Of a stretch of DNA of 57,119 bases, positions 46,174 through 54,798 are shown one piece after another (position 1 is the stretch's first letter; every line of letters starts with the position of its first letter). The stretch covers positions 1 to 57,119 of the forward strand of contig CAZAGU010000001.1 of assembly GCA_964484805.1 (NCBI GenBank), given 5' to 3'. This stretch comes from an uncultured bacterium. GTDB taxonomy: Bacteria; Electryoneota; AABM5-125-24; Hatepunaeales; Hatepunaeaceae. The position numbers and the translations under genes are program-made. Under the pieces are notes generated by a model. The model ran no database searches and was not told the DNA's origin. It worked only from the letters and a program-made list of their open reading frames with translations.

Positions 46174-48063
46174 ATGAAGAAGCTATTCTATATCCTTGCA
46201 GTCTGCCTAATCCCGCTCATCTTTTCTACATCGACTACTGCTCAATCTAATACAAGATCGGTTTGGTTGTCAGACCAGCAGGCGATTGATGAAATCAAAG
46301 CTAATTTTAACAATCATGACTGGGATCGAGTGATTTCGAGCGGGGAAAAATTTCGCACAGCCTTCCCACGCTCCAAATTTAGCTCGACAGTAACGATTTT
46401 GGTGGCACAGGCGGCATTAAATATGCGCGATGTTGACCTGGCGCTCCTCGAAGTTAAGTTCCTCTTTCTGAAATATCCCAATTCAAAATACATTGACAAC
46501 GGCCGGATGGTGCTCGCTGAAGCGTCGTTGATGGCTGAGAAATGGTCTGAAGCCCGTGAGTATCTGAGCTGGATCGTCAGTTTCTCGACCGATGATAAGC
46601 TGGTAAAAACAGCCCGTAGCTGGCTGGATGAATTGGATCAGTATCTGGATCAATCGAGAATGCTCAGCCAGAAAGAAGATGATTTTAATAGTAGCGCCTT
46701 TAAGGTCAGTCTGGTGCTTCCGTTTACCGGCGCGGATTCAACGGCTACTAATGAATTCCAGCAGGGATTCAAGATTTACTGGGACAGCGCACATCTGGGC
46801 GAGTTAGAATACTTTGACACGGCGGATGATCCGGTGCGAGCTGCGCTTATCACTCAGCAGGCTATTCGTGAAGGCGCTTGGGCGATTGTCGGCGGGATGA
46901 ATCCATCCGAAGCTGCGACTTTAGCTTCAATTTGTGAGGCTGAGGAAACTCCTTTTGTAACCACCACTTGCCCGGTGGAAGGCGTCGCGGCTATTGGCAG
47001 AAATGTCTTTCAGGGCAGATCGGATTATGCTGTTATCGGCAGGAAATTAGCTCGCCATGCCATCTCCATGATGGGACTGGGGCAATTTGGCTTGCTGGTG
47101 CCGGGCAATCAGGAAGGTCGCCAGATAGCGAGGAGCTTTGAGCAAGATGCGGCAGAAGCTGGTGTTGAGATACTGGCTGAGGAATTCTATTATCCGGGAA
47201 CACAGGATTTTAAGACCTACTTTGCTCGAATGCGTCAGATTGGTTTACGCCGGGCTTACGATGACTCGCTGAAGACATTTTTTGCGGTGAACGGCTATCT
47301 GATGAAGGACACAACCTACGTCACAGAAGAGAAAGTAAGGGCATTTTACTTCGCTGACAGCATCAGGTGGATGGATCGGCTCCGGTATATTCCACTGGAC
47401 GTGTGTTTAGATTTGGTATTGCCACCGGAGGGCATTGAGCTTGAGCCAGATGAATTGCCCGGTTTGACGCTGTCGCAGAGCTTCCTCGACTCGCTCTGGG
47501 AATTTGACCACCGTCGCATTCGCGGCTGGATGGTTGAAAACAAAAAAGATGTTGATTCTCTGGAAATCCCCTTGAATATTTTTGATGGCTTTTTATTTGT
47601 GATTGAACCGGGCATGGTGCAGATGGTCGCACCTCAGTTTGCTCGTTCAAACATTAAAACGCAATTGCTTGGCAACGAGTCGTGGGGCGATGCCGAAGCT
47701 TTATCGAAGAACAGCGGTTATGTGGATGGTTTGATTTTTGCCGAACCGATTGCCGGAGTTGGCGGCGAAGAATACTACAAATTTGCCGAAGCGGTTGCTG
47801 GCGATAGCATGGCTGTCGTTTCGCCGTTTCACTTGCTTGGTGAACGAGCGGCGCGGATGATTGCATTTGGTGCGCGTCATGCCGCCAACAGAGCGGAAAT
47901 GCGTCAGGTGTTGTCGCAGATACGCTATTTGAAAACCCTTTCCGGCGAAGTCTCGCTTTTGAAAGAGGAGAGAGTGGATCGGAATGTGGAATTCAAGCAG
48001 TTTATAAATGGTCATGTCGAGACCGTCAGCGAGATTAGAGGTATGTTCAGCGCGCCGGAATAA
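46174..48063 (+). CDS. Secreted TPR-like + type-1 periplasmic-binding-fold (Leu/Ile/Val-binding/LpoA-like) protein
   Basis: Signal peptide: MKKLFYILAVCLIPLIFSTSTTAQ. Helical-repeat N-domain. Then KVSLVLPFTG...AIVGGMNPSEAATLASICEAEETPFV...GLLVPGNQEGRQIARSF, typical of the Peripla_BP_6 fold. Confidence 0.68.
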   Translation: MKKLFYILAVCLIPLIFSTSTTAQSNTRSVWLSDQQAIDEIKANFNNHDWDRVISSGEKFRTAFPRSKFSSTVTILVAQAALNMRDVDLALLEVKFLFLKYPNSKYIDNGRMVLAEASLMAEKWSEAREYLSWIVSFSTDDKLVKTARSWLDELDQYLDQSRMLSQKEDDFNSSAFKVSLVLPFTGADSTATNEFQQGFKIYWDSAHLGELEYFDTADDPVRAALITQQAIREGAWAIVGGMNPSEAATLASICEAEETPFVTTTCPVEGVAAIGRNVFQGRSDYAVIGRKLARHAISMMGLGQFGLLVPGNQEGRQIARSFEQDAAEAGVEILAEEFYYPGTQDFKTYFARMRQIGLRRAYDDSLKTFFAVNGYLMKDTTYVTEEKVRAFYFADSIRWMDRLRYIPLDVCLDLVLPPEGIELEPDELPGLTLSQSFLDSLWEFDHRRIRGWMVENKKDVDSLEIPLNIFDGFLFVIEPGMVQMVAPQFARSNIKTQLLGNESWGDAEALSKNSGYVDGLIFAEPIAGVGGEEYYKFAEAVAGDSMAVVSPFHLLGERAARMIAFGARHAANRAEMRQVLSQIRYLKTLSGEVSLLKEERVDRNVEFKQFINGHVETVSEIRGMFSAPE

Positions 48064-48104
48064 TTTTCGAGATGCGAAATTTGCGTAAATTTGGAGAGTA
48101 ATTA

Positions 48105-48884
48105 ATGACTCCTGTGCAGGGGGCAATAATGGGGGTGGTGCAGGGGCTGACTGAGTTCCTGCCGGTTTCATCGAGTGGTCATCTGGCGGTGGCGAGGCAT
48201 CTTTTGCACGCTGGTCTGGCAGAGGATGTTGGGTTTGAAGTAGCGGTGCACCTCGGGACTCTGGTTGCTGTGCTGATTTTCTTCCGCCAGCGTATTATCA
48301 GCATCTTTTCCGAGGCGCTCAAGGGCGGTAAAGAAGGCTTGAACTGGATCGGCTACATTGTCATCGGCACGATTCCTGCTGGTGTGGTTGGCTTGATGTT
48401 TAAGGATCAGATTGATGAATTGTTTAACGACATTCATCTGGTAGGGATTGCCTGGATATTCACTGCCATCATTTTATTCGCATCAGAACGGTTTGGCAAG
48501 CCGAAAGTCGCGGTCAGTCAGATGGGGTACTTGCGAGCTTTCACGATTGGCTTGGCGCAGGCGTTGGCGATCATTCCCGGCATTTCACGCTCTGGATCGA
48601 CCATTGCCGCCAGCATGGCGACTGGTGTCAAGAAGGAAGGTTCTGTAGATTTCGTGTTTATCTTATCATTACCAGCAATAGGCGGCGCGGCGCTGTTGAC
48701 GATCAAGGACTGGATGGATGGCTCGGCGGGGTTTGGTATCGAGCATATCCTTGGTGGAATCACCGCGGCGATTTCCGGCTATTTTGCGATTGCTATAATG
48801 CTGAAAGTTGTTTCTGGCGGCAAGCTGTTCTGGTTTGCGGCTTATTGTCTGGTTGCTGGCGTGGTGACGGTTATTTTGGTGTGA
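48105..48884 (+). CDS. uppP: Undecaprenyl-diphosphate phosphatase UppP/BacA
   Basis: GLTEFLPVSSSGHL, PGISRSGSTI, 7-8 TM segments. Confidence 0.93.
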   Translation: MTPVQGAIMGVVQGLTEFLPVSSSGHLAVARHLLHAGLAEDVGFEVAVHLGTLVAVLIFFRQRIISIFSEALKGGKEGLNWIGYIVIGTIPAGVVGLMFKDQIDELFNDIHLVGIAWIFTAIILFASERFGKPKVAVSQMGYLRAFTIGLAQALAIIPGISRSGSTIAASMATGVKKEGSVDFVFILSLPAIGGAALLTIKDWMDGSAGFGIEHILGGITAAISGYFAIAIMLKVVSGGKLFWFAAYCLVAGVVTVILV

Positions 48885-48890
48885 GGCCCC

Positions 48891-48970
48891 GTCATACCAG
48901 CGAAGGCTGGTATCCACCGCATTCGTCCCTAGTCTTTAATTCACAACAGATTTAACGGATTTAGCAGATT
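48891..48970. repeat. Cluster D of REP-like repeats
   Basis: GTCATACCAGCGAAGGCTGGTATCCACCGCATTC at 48891-48924 and CTTTAATTCACAACAGATTTAACGGATTTAGCAGATT at 48934-48970. Both unit types are shared with clusters A and B. Confidence 0.65.
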
Positions 48971-49144
48971 AGGGATGTACTCAACATTGACGTAAATAAT
49001 CAAGGTAATCTGCCGTGAATTCAAAGACGGTTTGCATTATTCTTTTTCAAAATGTTTCAACTCCGTAATTTTCCTTGCTTGACTTCTCTTCTATTATTTC
49101 TTAGATTAGCCTAGAGTATTTTCGAAATATACAGGGGGAAATTT

Positions 49145-49612
49145 ATGAATCTCAAAAGCTTGATCACTTTGCTTGTGCTTGTTTTATTGTTTAGTTCTTC
49201 AAATGCTGAGATTACGCTATGGGTTCACACATCTGAAGGAGAATCTGTTCCGTTCGTTATTTCGGATGTTGAGTTCATTGATTTCGATGGACTTAATGCC
49301 GTCAAAGACTTAGACAAAGCAAGCAACATCCTCAACAGCTTTCGCCTGTTGAGCAATCATCCAAATCCATTCAACCCTTCAACCAACATCAGCTACGAGC
49401 TAACCCAACCCGGTTTTGTTGAAATCATCATCTACGACGTAATGGGCAAAGAAATCACAAAGCTTGTATCTGATCAACAAATCGTTGGTTCTTACCAAAC
49501 CCAATGGAATGGTAAGAACTCAAACAACGTCAAAGTGGCAGCCGGAATGTACTTCTATCAACTGTCGTTCAGCGGATCCGCCGAAACCAAGAAAATGTTA
49601 CTCATCAAATAA
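49145..49612 (+). CDS. Small secreted protein with T9SS-type C-terminal sorting domain
   Basis: Signal peptide: LITLLVLVLLFSSSNA. C-terminal LLSNHPNPFNPSTNISYEL...IIIYDVMGKEI...GMYFYQLSF...KKMLLIK is typical of a Por/T9SS CTD. Confidence 0.72.
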   Translation: MNLKSLITLLVLVLLFSSSNAEITLWVHTSEGESVPFVISDVEFIDFDGLNAVKDLDKASNILNSFRLLSNHPNPFNPSTNISYELTQPGFVEIIIYDVMGKEITKLVSDQQIVGSYQTQWNGKNSNNVKVAAGMYFYQLSFSGSAETKKMLLIK

Positions 49613-49626
49613 TCGGAGGAATCAAA

Positions 49627-50514
49627 ATGACTTTTCGTAAAATTTTACTAGGACTGTTAGTCCTATTGCTGGGTGTTGCGACTGCACCCGCTCAAGTGAT
49701 GCAGATTCACACCGACGATGGGGAGACAGCATCATTCAATCTTGCTGATGTTGACAGTATTACATTTGCTGAGGAGGGAGAAGGACCTCAAGCCGGTGAT
49801 GAACGTGAGTTTCAACTGACCGATGACGTAACCGTTACAATGGTTTGGATTCCATCCGGTGAATTTGAAATGGGTAGTCCAAACGATGAGGATGGCCGCC
49901 AAGTTAGTGAGGGACCGGTTCATTCTGTACAATTTGAGAACGGTTTTTGGGTTGGTAAGCATGAGGTAATTCAAGCCCAATGGGAAGCGGTGATGGGTGA
50001 TAATCCTGCTCACGATTATGGTATTGGTGATAATCATCCGGTATATTATGTTAGTTGGGATGACATACAGGAATTTGAGGCTGAATTGGATAATAATTTT
50101 CGTTTGCCATCGGAGTCAGAATGGGAGTATGCTTGTCGAGCAGGAACGAATACACGTTTTTACTGGGGCGATGATCCCGATTATGAAGACATTGGCGATT
50201 ATGCTGTTTATAGCGAAAATAATCCAGATGGAACTACTGATGTAGGGACGAAGTTGCCCAACGCCTGGGGATTATATGATATGAGTGGTAATGTTTGGGA
50301 GTGGTGTGAGGATCGCTGGCATACCGATTATGATGATGCACCGGATGATGGTAGTCCATGGTTGGAAAACTCAGAAGGCGGCACTATTCGGATCTGGCGT
50401 GGTGCTGGCTTTCTCTATTATCCTTGGTTCTGCCGTTCGGCGCAACGCTATGCTACCTCACCTTCCTTCCGGGATTACCACATCGGCTTCCGCCTTGTCC
50501 GAGATGCTGATTGA
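49627..50514 (+). CDS. Formylglycine-generating-enzyme (SUMF1/FGE-sulfatase) family protein, secreted
   Basis: Signal peptide. MVWIPSGEFEMGSP, HPVYYVSWDDIQEF, FRLPSESEWEYACRAG, NAWGLYDMSGNVWEWCED, IGFRLV. Confidence 0.88.
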   Translation: MTFRKILLGLLVLLLGVATAPAQVMQIHTDDGETASFNLADVDSITFAEEGEGPQAGDEREFQLTDDVTVTMVWIPSGEFEMGSPNDEDGRQVSEGPVHSVQFENGFWVGKHEVIQAQWEAVMGDNPAHDYGIGDNHPVYYVSWDDIQEFEAELDNNFRLPSESEWEYACRAGTNTRFYWGDDPDYEDIGDYAVYSENNPDGTTDVGTKLPNAWGLYDMSGNVWEWCEDRWHTDYDDAPDDGSPWLENSEGGTIRIWRGAGFLYYPWFCRSAQRYATSPSFRDYHIGFRLVRDAD

Positions 50515-50533
50515 ATTTGCAAATATTTACAGC

Positions 50534-50585
50534 AATAACACGGATTAAGCAGATTTCAATCTGCCTAATCCGTGTTATTTTTTTA
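50534..50585. terminator. Long hairpin terminator between convergent genes
   Basis: AATAACACGGATTAAGCAGATTtcAATCTGCCTAATCCGTGTTATT followed by TTTTTT. Confidence 0.68.
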
Positions 50586-50604
50586 TGGGAAATCGGTGGC
50601 ATTG

Positions 50605-51312
50605 CTACCGAATCGAGACAAACCGCTGGCTGGCGGTTCCCAGATCACCCGTGACCATCAGGAAATACACGCCATTGGCAAGCTGACGAGGCATCGGAAT
50701 GTTGTAAACCCCTGCCGACATTGCACCGCTCAGAAGCGTCTCCATTCGCTGACCAGCGACATTATACACTGCCACAGATAAATTTGACAAGCTCGGCACG
50801 TTCAACTGCCAGCCATCGGCGCTGAAACCAGCATGATTCTGCAAATCGTAGGACAAGCGATTGTTAGAACGAGGCGCTTGGTCGCCGCCTACGCCAGTTT
50901 CACCAACCGTCAGGACGAAGGTGATTTCTTCGCGGATGTTAGTGTCTGCTTCAGCCACCATTAACATTGTTGCCCATCCCACACCCTCGGTTTCGTTGGT
51001 ATGAAACTTAACAAACAATGTGTCCCTGCCATTTGGTGGTAAAACCAATGTATCTTGTGTTATCCAGGGAGCCCAGCAGAAAAGCAAACCCTGGCAAATT
51101 TCCACCGTCCAGCCCTCAGGTGTATTGGATGTTAATGTCCACAGAATATGATTCTCCTGATCCCATTGATTTACGATCAGAGAGCCAAAAATATTGAGAT
51201 CATCAGGAACGCCGATACCCTCGGTAGAATCTGGTGTTACTTCGAATTGCTGTGCCATTATTGGAGTGGCAAGCAGCAGGATTGCTAAAAACAATATGTT
51301 GCTAACACGCAT
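50605..51312 (-). CDS. Secreted protein with T9SS-type C-terminal sorting domain
   Basis: Signal peptide: MRVSNILFLAILLLATPIMAQ. C-terminal LSVAVYNVAGQRMETLLSG..SAGVYNIPMP..LANGVYFLMVTG...RFVSIR. Confidence 0.7.
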   Translation of the reverse strand: MRVSNILFLAILLLATPIMAQQFEVTPDSTEGIGVPDDLNIFGSLIVNQWDQENHILWTLTSNTPEGWTVEICQGLLFCWAPWITQDTLVLPPNGRDTLFVKFHTNETEGVGWATMLMVAEADTNIREEITFVLTVGETGVGGDQAPRSNNRLSYDLQNHAGFSADGWQLNVPSLSNLSVAVYNVAGQRMETLLSGAMSAGVYNIPMPRQLANGVYFLMVTGDLGTASQRFVSIR

Positions 51313-51356
51313 AATGTATCCTTAAGTTAGTTGTTTCGGGCGTGTGTTTTGTTAAA

Positions 51357-52367
51357 CTAATTTTCAGATTGGGACAAAAGTCCGTTTACCTTGCCTCTGA
51401 GTTCCTCTTCTAAAACTGATGGAAGCACTTCGGCAATCTTGCCGGTTCGGTCAACCAGAATGTTTCGTGGGAAGGGATTCACGCCATAAAGCGTTGTTGT
51501 TACATAACGATCCCAATCGAGGAGCAATTGGAATGTCAAGCCCAGTTCACTGCGCACCCGAAGCACTTCATCACGGTCATCCGGGAACATGGGATTAATC
51601 GCCAGTATCTTAAAACCTGAACTGCCGAGGTCGCGATAGACGTTTTCAATGCCGGGGAATTCATGAATACAAGGTGTGCAGTCTGCATACCAGAAATTTA
51701 CTAGCACAACATAGCCGGTCAGGTCGCTGAGGCGTACCGAATCACCCTCGACATTCTCGCGCGTGAAGTCGAACGGGAGCTTTCCGGCTTCCTGCGCAGT
51801 TTCAACTTCGGCTAATGTAAACTCAAAGTCTGTTGTCTCACCGGCGCGGACTTCGGCAGATGGTAACAACGGAGAGACAGTGGCGTGACCTTCCAGATGA
51901 ACCGATAGCTGATAAACGCCCCAGGGAAGATACAGATTTGCCGGTGTTCGAGCCAGTTCGCCATTAATTTCCACAGCGTGTCCATCCATCAGCACTCTAG
52001 CGCCTGATGGATTTGAAGTAACAGCCAGAATTCCGGTCTGTCCGACAGCCACAGGTGTGAGCGTAAATTCGGACACGGTTGTGTCACCACTGGTGATAAC
52101 GGCTTCAGACATTTTACTGAAGAAACCCAGCTTGCGCACAGTGACTTCGTGGGTGCCTGTTCGCAGTCCATTCAGAATTGCGGGAGTGCGCTCGGCGCGC
52201 TCGACATTGTCAACGAGGACGGTTGCGCCTGTTATTTCCGCACCCAGCGTATCGACGGCGCTGACAAACAGGAAGCCTTCGTGGCCGCCTTCAACCTCTT
52301 CAATTGCACATCCTGCCAAAGACACCAGAAAAGTGAAAATCAGTAGTGTATTAAAAATATGTCGCAT
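51357..52367 (-). CDS. Lipoprotein: two PEGA/Ig-like domains fused to a TlpA/ResA-like thioredoxin-fold (CxxC) domain
   Basis: Lipobox: FLVSLAGC. PEGA-like: GATVLVDNVERAERTPAIL..LRTGTHEVTVRKLGF and GARVLMDGH..ARTPANLYLPWGVYQLSVHLEGH. Redoxin: VLVNFWYADCTPCIHEFP. Confidence 0.8.
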   Translation of the reverse strand: MRHIFNTLLIFTFLVSLAGCAIEEVEGGHEGFLFVSAVDTLGAEITGATVLVDNVERAERTPAILNGLRTGTHEVTVRKLGFFSKMSEAVITSGDTTVSEFTLTPVAVGQTGILAVTSNPSGARVLMDGHAVEINGELARTPANLYLPWGVYQLSVHLEGHATVSPLLPSAEVRAGETTDFEFTLAEVETAQEAGKLPFDFTRENVEGDSVRLSDLTGYVVLVNFWYADCTPCIHEFPGIENVYRDLGSSGFKILAINPMFPDDRDEVLRVRSELGLTFQLLLDWDRYVTTTLYGVNPFPRNILVDRTGKIAEVLPSVLEEELRGKVNGLLSQSEN

Positions 52368-52414
52368 TTTTCTTTTTCGTGAAATTGTCTAAAATCAGCC
52401 AGTATCTCCAGAGA

Positions 52415-53143
52415 TTATTGCTGATCTTTATTTACCGGGAAGCTTAACTTCCAACCAACACCAATTTCATCACCATAAAGTGTTACGTTGCCACCCTTGA
52501 TACCTAAGGCTGAAAGAGTGCCAATGAGAAGGTCAGGCAGTTTCTCATCTTTCCAGAATTTTATCTGGTCTGCATAAGTCGAAGGTTGCTCAAGCTCAGC
52601 GGAAACAGACCAAAACTCGGAGGACTTTGCTGTGTTAATCCTAAGCTTGCCTTTGCCTTTTAAAACATTAATAAAAAGCATGAGCATTTCTAAAAAGATA
52701 AACTCAAGAATGGATGGATCATAATAGAGGAGAAGTTGCTTTTTCTCATCAGGGAATTCGACATCCAATCCATCCAACAATGTTCTGCGTTTAAACGCGA
52801 ACAGGGCATTGTTCAGGGTTTGATATGGATTAACCTCGGCTTTTTTTCCGGTCAGCCGTGATCCGAAACTTCCCACTCGCCCGATGGTGTTTTCAATGCG
52901 AGAAATTTGATCCATAATCAAATTCAATCTGCTATTTAAATCATCGGTGTCAAGTCCATCCCTTTTCATCTGCATTATTTGAACATTGCCAGAGATAACC
53001 GTGAGGGCATTGCCAATATCGTGCATGATTGCGCTGGACATATAGCCGAGTGCGCTTATGCGGCAAAGATCAGTGCAATAATCGCTGATCTGAGTAGTCA
53101 AATGTTTTGGCGGTTCGGGAGTAAACTCGAATTTATGAGTCAT
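52415..53143 (-). CDS. Soluble histidine-kinase-like protein (HisKA-type H-box, degenerate ATP-binding domain, no sensor domain)
   Basis: H-box: LGYMSSAIMHDIGNALTVISGNVQIM. I could not recognise N, G1 (DxGxG) or G2 boxes in the C-terminal half. Its start overlaps the stop of the upstream gene (ATGA). Confidence 0.58.
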   Translation of the reverse strand: MTHKFEFTPEPPKHLTTQISDYCTDLCRISALGYMSSAIMHDIGNALTVISGNVQIMQMKRDGLDTDDLNSRLNLIMDQISRIENTIGRVGSFGSRLTGKKAEVNPYQTLNNALFAFKRRTLLDGLDVEFPDEKKQLLLYYDPSILEFIFLEMLMLFINVLKGKGKLRINTAKSSEFWSVSAELEQPSTYADQIKFWKDEKLPDLLIGTLSALGIKGGNVTLYGDEIGVGWKLSFPVNKDQQ

Positions 53144-54798
53144 ACGGTCTCCCCTTTTCCTGCTAGTTTTGCTAAATTTATTACCATAGAGACTTCATCA
53201 CGCCCTAAATTTAGAGAGCGAGCGATTTCGAGTTCAGTTTGTCCTTGTGCAGCCATGTCGAGAATCCTTGACACCGGAATTCTGCTGTCTTCGCCTTGAA
53301 CTCTATCATGCTGAAACTGTGTTTCAGTAGGTTGCTGAGGTTCTCGTGGTGGGCGAGATTCATGCTTATATGCGTTGGAAACTCTTTGTGAATAGGCGGT
53401 GTTGCTATCGTCAACCCGTCCTCGATACCTGTCATCTTCGGAGGAGTAATAGGCTTCACGCCTCGAGGTTGTTGGGCGTTGCGAAAATCCGCCATTGGCA
53501 TTATTGTATTCAGAGTCTCTGGAATGATCAGAGCGGAAATCCCGTCGAGAATCGTAACGATCCTCGCTAACGAATTGCTCGGCATCAAAGTTCGGATGTC
53601 TGTTACGTCGGGAAAAATCTGATGTCTGGTAGTCTTGCTCCTGATAATCTGCCATTTCCTGTTCCCAGGATGGAGGCTTTGGAGCGTAGTTGTCTTCAAT
53701 TGGGTCAAATCCCGACATTGTGTTTATCGGTGATTCTTTCCGGTATCGTTCCCCACTTGCAGGTTGCATGGGTCTTTCGCGCGATCCAAAGTCATAATTG
53801 CGATGACGGCTGGGGTTAGGATGTACCGCCGCGGGTTTGGCGTTTCGGCTGTCAAAAACAAATTTAATCAACACTAATGCGCCAATGAGCAAAAGAGACC
53901 ATCCGATAAATTTAAAGCTACTTTCGCCAGCTTTGAGGATTTCTTTAGCTCGTTCGCCAACGTCACTTTCCACTTCACGAGGTGGAGTCTGAATAATTTG
54001 TCTTTCAAGCGGTTGTCTATTTGATGTAGTCAAACCCGTGTGAACTGGCGTTGATTGTTGCGCAGGCTGTTGCCCGTGAAAATAGGTTGCCCATTCTCGT
54101 CCAGAGGATGTGGTGTCGCCCATTGCCAGATATATCATCGCGCGTCGGGCTCGCACATCGGCGGCATAGCGAGGGTCGTTGCACAGGCTGGCGAAGCTTG
54201 CCAGCGCGGCATCGAATCGTTTAAGCTTATGCTGGATAATACCAGCACGATGGGTGAAATCCGGTTCGTTTGGCTCAATGTTGCGGATGTGCTCGATGTA
54301 CGGCAGAGCGACTTCGTAGCGGTGCATTCTCTCGGCAGCTTCTGCTTCAGCCAGATATGTGTCAAGGCTGAGTTCGTAGGGCAGTTGGCGGGCTATGTCT
54401 TCAGTTGGGCTGATATCAATCATCAGCGCGGTGGGACCTGTTACCATGTAGGTTCGCAGAAAGGCGGTCTTATGAAAATGAATTACTAACGTCGCGCCGT
54501 CATATCCACGTGAGATGTCTTTTATCAGCGGGCTTGCCGCAAGATTCTGAATCTGGCGTTCGGTGCGTTCGGAAAGGGTTGTCTGTGAAATGTCAACACG
54601 GCACTCTGCGAGAACGCGGTCATATTGCAGACTGGTTTGAGACAGAGAGTCATAGTAGATCACAAGCAATTCATAACCGGCATAAACACCGCGTTGAATG
54701 TCTGTGATCTGATTTGCATTAGCAACAGGTATTACTAAGAAAAACAGAGTCATTGTTAAAAAAACAATGAGGGTAGCTTTGTTACGAGTTGTTGTCAT
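53140..54798 (-). CDS. Membrane protein: signal/TM, AMIN-like beta domain, TPR, TM, R/D/Y/S-rich disordered region, C-terminal HTH-like module
   Basis: N-terminal TM segment: LIVFLTMTLFFLVIPVANA. TPR-like: YLAEAEAAERMHRYEVALPYIEHIRNIEPNEP...ALASFASLCND. Second TM segment: FIGWSLLLIGALVLIKFVF. Low-complexity tail. C-terminus: SRILDMAAQGQTELEIARSLNLGRDEVSMVINLAKL. Confidence 0.6.
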   Translation of the reverse strand: MTTTRNKATLIVFLTMTLFFLVIPVANANQITDIQRGVYAGYELLVIYYDSLSQTSLQYDRVLAECRVDISQTTLSERTERQIQNLAASPLIKDISRGYDGATLVIHFHKTAFLRTYMVTGPTALMIDISPTEDIARQLPYELSLDTYLAEAEAAERMHRYEVALPYIEHIRNIEPNEPDFTHRAGIIQHKLKRFDAALASFASLCNDPRYAADVRARRAMIYLAMGDTTSSGREWATYFHGQQPAQQSTPVHTGLTTSNRQPLERQIIQTPPREVESDVGERAKEILKAGESSFKFIGWSLLLIGALVLIKFVFDSRNAKPAAVHPNPSRHRNYDFGSRERPMQPASGERYRKESPINTMSGFDPIEDNYAPKPPSWEQEMADYQEQDYQTSDFSRRNRHPNFDAEQFVSEDRYDSRRDFRSDHSRDSEYNNANGGFSQRPTTSRREAYYSSEDDRYRGRVDDSNTAYSQRVSNAYKHESRPPREPQQPTETQFQHDRVQGEDSRIPVSRILDMAAQGQTELEIARSLNLGRDEVSMVINLAKLAGKGETV

